From assembly GCA_963701855.1 (NCBI GenBank), contig CAVPBK010000001.1, positions 96,001 to 160,000 on the forward strand: a stretch of 64,000 nt of DNA, given 5' to 3'. Made by a program: the position numbers and the translations under genes. The notes beneath the pieces were generated by a model. The model did not search any database and was not told the origin of the DNA. It saw only the letters and a program-made list of their open reading frames with translations. Source of the stretch: Nitrospirota bacterium. Its GTDB lineage: Bacteria; Nitrospirota; Nitrospiria; Nitrospirales; Nitrospiraceae. Shown here piece by piece: positions 60,933-64,000 of the stretch; within the stretch, counting starts at the first letter, position 1, and every line of letters starts with the position of its first letter.

Positions 60933-60948
60933 TGGCACCGACAATGCA
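60933..60948 (+). promoter_or_regulatory. Candidate sigma54 promoter for the winged-helix/hsp20 genes
   Basis: TGGCACCGACAATGCA (GG-N10-GC). Confidence 0.55.
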
Positions 60949-60992
60949 ATGCTCTCCTCCCAGCAACTCATTCCGTTCTTCGAGGATGGCGC

Positions 60993-61235
60993 ATGGCACA
61001 ATCTACAACCGTGGAAGTTCAAGTAATCGACATCGTGCGCGGAGCCGATGCCTGTGACCTTGAAGAGATCACGCGTCGATGCACCAATCTTACGTGGAAC
61101 CAGGTATTTCTCGCTGTCGACCGCTTGAGCCGAAGTGGCAAGATCATGCTCGTGCCCAAGGGCCGGGGCCTTTATTCCGTAACTTTCCCGCATCGGCAGG
61201 AAGGACGGACTGATCAACGCTTTCTCCCATCTTAA
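60993..61235 (+). CDS. Small putative winged-helix protein (paralog 3 of 3)
   Basis: [24 protein letters not shown]. Confidence 0.75.
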   Translation: MAQSTTVEVQVIDIVRGADACDLEEITRRCTNLTWNQVFLAVDRLSRSGKIMLVPKGRGLYSVTFPHRQEGRTDQRFLPS

Positions 61236-61252
61236 TCACAAGGAGGTTTCTC

Positions 61253-61726
61253 ATGTCTGATCTAACCCGTTGGCAACCGACGATGACGCGCTGGAATCCA
61301 TTCAAAGATCTGGAGGATATGGAGAAGCGCCTCTCGACCTATTTGGGCCGTCCCGCTGTTCGGACCGAGGCCGGGAAGGAAGCCATGACCGTCGCCGAAT
61401 GGTCGCCACTCGTTGACATTACAGAGGACGAGAAGGAATATCTCATCAAGGCGGATCTGCCGGAAGTGAAGAAAGAAGACGTCAAACTGACAGTCCAGGA
61501 CGACGTGATGAGCATATCCGGCGAGCGAAAGTATGAGAAAGAGGAAAAAGGGAAGAAGTACCATCGTGTCGAGAGGGCCTACGGAAGCTTTATGCGGAGT
61601 TTCACCTTGCCGGAAGATGCCGATGGCAGCAAGATCAGTGCGGAGTACAAAGACGGTGTCTTGAAAGTACACCTGCCCAAGTCAGAAAAGGCGAAACCGA
61701 AATCGATCGAGGTGAAGGTCTCCTGA
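61253..61726 (+). CDS. Hsp20/alpha-crystallin small heat-shock protein
   Basis: [35 protein letters not shown]. Confidence 0.97.
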   Translation: MSDLTRWQPTMTRWNPFKDLEDMEKRLSTYLGRPAVRTEAGKEAMTVAEWSPLVDITEDEKEYLIKADLPEVKKEDVKLTVQDDVMSISGERKYEKEEKGKKYHRVERAYGSFMRSFTLPEDADGSKISAEYKDGVLKVHLPKSEKAKPKSIEVKVS

Positions 61727-61813
61727 GGACGACCGAAGAAACGAAGGAAAAACTATGTTGTCCCGTGAGAATTTCCATGATTCACACGCGTGGCACAACA
61801 GCAAAATGCTCTT

Positions 61814-61959
61814 GCAGGATACTCAAACAGGCCGTCCTCTTCGTCCGCCGTTTGTCTGGTTCATCTGGTCTATCTGGTTTGTTTAGTTGCTTAACCCAGA
61901 GAAACCAAACAAACCAAATAACGATCTTCGTATGCTGGCGGACTGTTTCAGCATCCTGC
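61814..61959 (+). mobile_element. Family A element with 9-bp-periodic cargo
   Basis: Reverse complement of 39608..39771, 18 bp shorter. Confidence 0.85.
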
Positions 61960-61974
61960 AAAAGGAGGGATATA

Positions 61975-62130
61975 ATGTTCCGCCATCCTCACTATCTGGA
62001 ATTTCCGTGGGGCATTCATGGGCAGCGCGCGACCACAGAACCCCATCGTCATCTGTGGTGGTTGATCGCGCTGCTGGTCCTGCTGGCCATGTTTCTGATC
62101 GGCGTGGGCGTCACGCACGGAATCTTGTAG
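61975..62130 (+). CDS. Small membrane protein
   Basis: AGGAGG RBS; one C-terminal TM helix. Confidence 0.55.
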   Translation: MFRHPHYLEFPWGIHGQRATTEPHRHLWWLIALLVLLAMFLIGVGVTHGIL

Positions 62131-62237
62131 AAGGCTAAGGTCGAGGTCAAGGCTAAGCGAAGATAAAACTTTCCTTACCTCAGCCTTAGCCTAAACCTCA
62201 ACCTTCCGCGTACTGGCGGACTTTTTGAGCATCCTGT
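62131..62237. mobile_element. 6-bp-periodic hairpin with a family A right end
   Basis: aggctaaggtcgaggtcaaggctaag ... cctcagccttagcctaaacctcaacctt ... GGCGGACTTTTTGAGCATCCTG. Confidence 0.7.
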
Positions 62238-62283
62238 TAAGGACACGGGATCAGCGCTCCAGATTTAAGGAGTCAGACGAATC

Positions 62284-62955
62284 ATGTTCCGCAATCGCGA
62301 AGAAGCGGGCCGGATGCTGGCCGATAAGCTGAGTCAATACCGCAACGATTCGACGGCGTTGATTCTGGCCCTTCCCCGAGGCGGAGTGGCAGTGGGCTAT
62401 CAACTCAGCCTCGCCCTCCATCTCCCGCTCGACGTGTTTATTACGCGCAAGATCGGTGCGCCGGGAAATCTCGAATATGCGATCGGGGCCGTGGCCGAGA
62501 CGGGATCGCGCTATCTGAATCAAGAGGCGGTCAGCGCCTTTGGCTTATCCCAGCATGAGCTGGACCGGTTGATTCATGTCCAAGAGAAAGAGATTGCCAG
62601 GCGCAAGAACCTGTACAGGCAGGGACGACCGCTCCCGCGGCTCACAGGCCACACTGTGCTCTTGGTTGACGACGGCATCGCCACAGGCTCGACATTCCTG
62701 GCCTCGGCACTTGCCATTCGCAGTTTACAACCTCACCGTTTGGTGGGCGTGATTCCAGTCGGACCCCCGTCGACAATCCGTGAAGTCCGAGCACATGTGG
62801 ACGAGTTGGTGGTGCTCATGACACCGGACCCGTTCGAGGCCGTGGGAAATTTCTTCGTGGACTTCACGCAAGTCGAAGATCGCGACGTAGTGGAATACTT
62901 AAATCTGGCCGAGGAGGCGATGCTCGAACGCACGCCCCCTTCACCAGCCTCGTAA
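62284..62955 (+). CDS. Phosphoribosyltransferase family protein
   Basis: FRNREEAG, ALPRGG, LVDDGIATGST. Confidence 0.92.
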   Translation: MFRNREEAGRMLADKLSQYRNDSTALILALPRGGVAVGYQLSLALHLPLDVFITRKIGAPGNLEYAIGAVAETGSRYLNQEAVSAFGLSQHELDRLIHVQEKEIARRKNLYRQGRPLPRLTGHTVLLVDDGIATGSTFLASALAIRSLQPHRLVGVIPVGPPSTIREVRAHVDELVVLMTPDPFEAVGNFFVDFTQVEDRDVVEYLNLAEEAMLERTPPSPAS

Positions 62956-62988
62956 AACGTTTTGTTAGCCACGGAGGTACACCGTAAC

Positions 62989-63489
62989 ATGTCCACACAT
63001 TCCAAGATCCCGTCAGGGTTGGGATCTCGCAGAGACCAAACATATCAAGAATACGAACACGACACCTATAAACTTCAGGGAAAACTCAAGGAGCCCACTG
63101 CCTGTCCAACATGCGGGGCAGTCTTTCTCAAAGGGCGGTGGACCTGGGAAGCGAAACCGGCAGGCGCGCACGAGACTCTCTGTCCGGCTTGTCACCGGAT
63201 CCACGATACATACCCCAAGGGCCTCGTCACGATCAAAGGGCCGTTCAAAGATACCCAGCACGAACAGCTGATCGGTGTCGTCAAGAACACGGAGGAGAAG
63301 GAGAAAAAGGAACACCCGCTCTCCCGGATCATGGCGATTGAATCACGGCCTGAGGGCCTGGTCATTTCGACGACCGATACCCATCTGCCCCGGCGAATCG
63401 GCGAGGCGCTGGAACATGCCTACCACGGGCAGCTGGAGTTGCATTACGACCAGGACGAAGACTTCGTACGGGTCACATGGACCCGCTGA
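62989..63489 (+). CDS. BCAM0308-family protein
   Basis: CPTCGA....GRWTW, CPAC.RI.D.YP.G, HPL.RIM, TT..HL..RIG.AL. Confidence 0.85.
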   Translation: MSTHSKIPSGLGSRRDQTYQEYEHDTYKLQGKLKEPTACPTCGAVFLKGRWTWEAKPAGAHETLCPACHRIHDTYPKGLVTIKGPFKDTQHEQLIGVVKNTEEKEKKEHPLSRIMAIESRPEGLVISTTDTHLPRRIGEALEHAYHGQLELHYDQDEDFVRVTWTR

Positions 63490-63520
63490 ACCCTGGTTTC
63501 AACTTTTGAGGAGAAAAATA

Positions 63521-64000
63521 ATGTGGTCCTGCCCCAACCGATGGATACTTGTCGCAGTAGCAACATTCAGCCTGGTGACCGGAACGACGGGACAGGCGGC
63601 GACGTCCATTCCACAAGGCTCGATCGTGGAGGTGGATCAGGCTACCGTCAATCAGATATTAGATGTGTTTCACAAGGCTGAAGCAGCCATCGCGGCAGGA
63701 AATCTTGACGGCGTCATGGCACTCTATGCAACCCAGTACAACTATCATGGGTTGAAACAGGCGGATGTTCGTAAGATCTGGTCCAATCTGTTCGAGGAAT
63801 ACCGTGATATCAGCGAGGTTCATTTCTTTTCGAAGATCGCCAAGGTGGGATCGGGCTCCACCGCCATCATCGAAGTGACCTGCACGGGGAGCTTGTCGGG
63901 CCTTTCGAAGACCAGCGGCCTCCGAGTTCCCATTGACAGCTGGTATGAAGAAGTGCATTTTCTGATGCTCGAGGGCGGCGTCTGGCGCATTCGCGGAAAT
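63521..64000 (+). CDS. Exported NTF2/SnoaL-like protein (partial, runs off the window)
   Basis: GAGGAG RBS; MWSCPNRWILV...YNYHGLK...VTCTG...IDSWYEEVH...WRIRGN. Confidence 0.8.
   Translation, partial: MWSCPNRWILVAVATFSLVTGTTGQAATSIPQGSIVEVDQATVNQILDVFHKAEAAIAAGNLDGVMALYATQYNYHGLKQADVRKIWSNLFEEYRDISEVHFFSKIAKVGSGSTAIIEVTCTGSLSGLSKTSGLRVPIDSWYEEVHFLMLEGGVWRIRGN

Noticed and set aside
1..64000. rRNA, tRNA, transposase, integrase or prophage genes
   Set aside because: No recognisable motifs found by eye

Overview
A GC-rich bacterial window. Its gene families and small hypothetical proteins resemble Nitrospira (Nitrospirota); that assignment is an inference. No rRNA, tRNA, CRISPR array or transposase was seen. 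Gene content: (1) a signalling cluster at 0.2-8.5 kb (CheB/CheR-PAS fusion, multi-PAS HisKA_3 kinase, NarL-type regulator, a receiver lacking its Asp and a globin-like sensor lacking its His). (2) Many low-oxygen/stress genes: USPs, CBS proteins, Hsp20, ferritin-like protein, NnrS, dodecin, PRTase, a BCAM0308-like protein and cytochromes c. (3) A ~13 kb minus-strand run led by a cupredoxin-like protein and a Cyc2-like cytochrome-porin, followed by SHOCT lipoproteins, cytochromes c and CzcBA. (4) Several disrupted genes. The non-coding DNA is the most unusual part. A 38-bp composite operator (CTAGTAA-N15-CYRGR-N6-CCTAG) occurs four times, each directly abutting a sigma70-like promoter, and ties the signalling cluster to the Cyc2-like operon. 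Intergenic spaces also hold a dense modular repeat system: two MITE-like families, 6/7/9-bp periodic hairpins, and structured GC-rich modules that are nested inside one another reciprocally.
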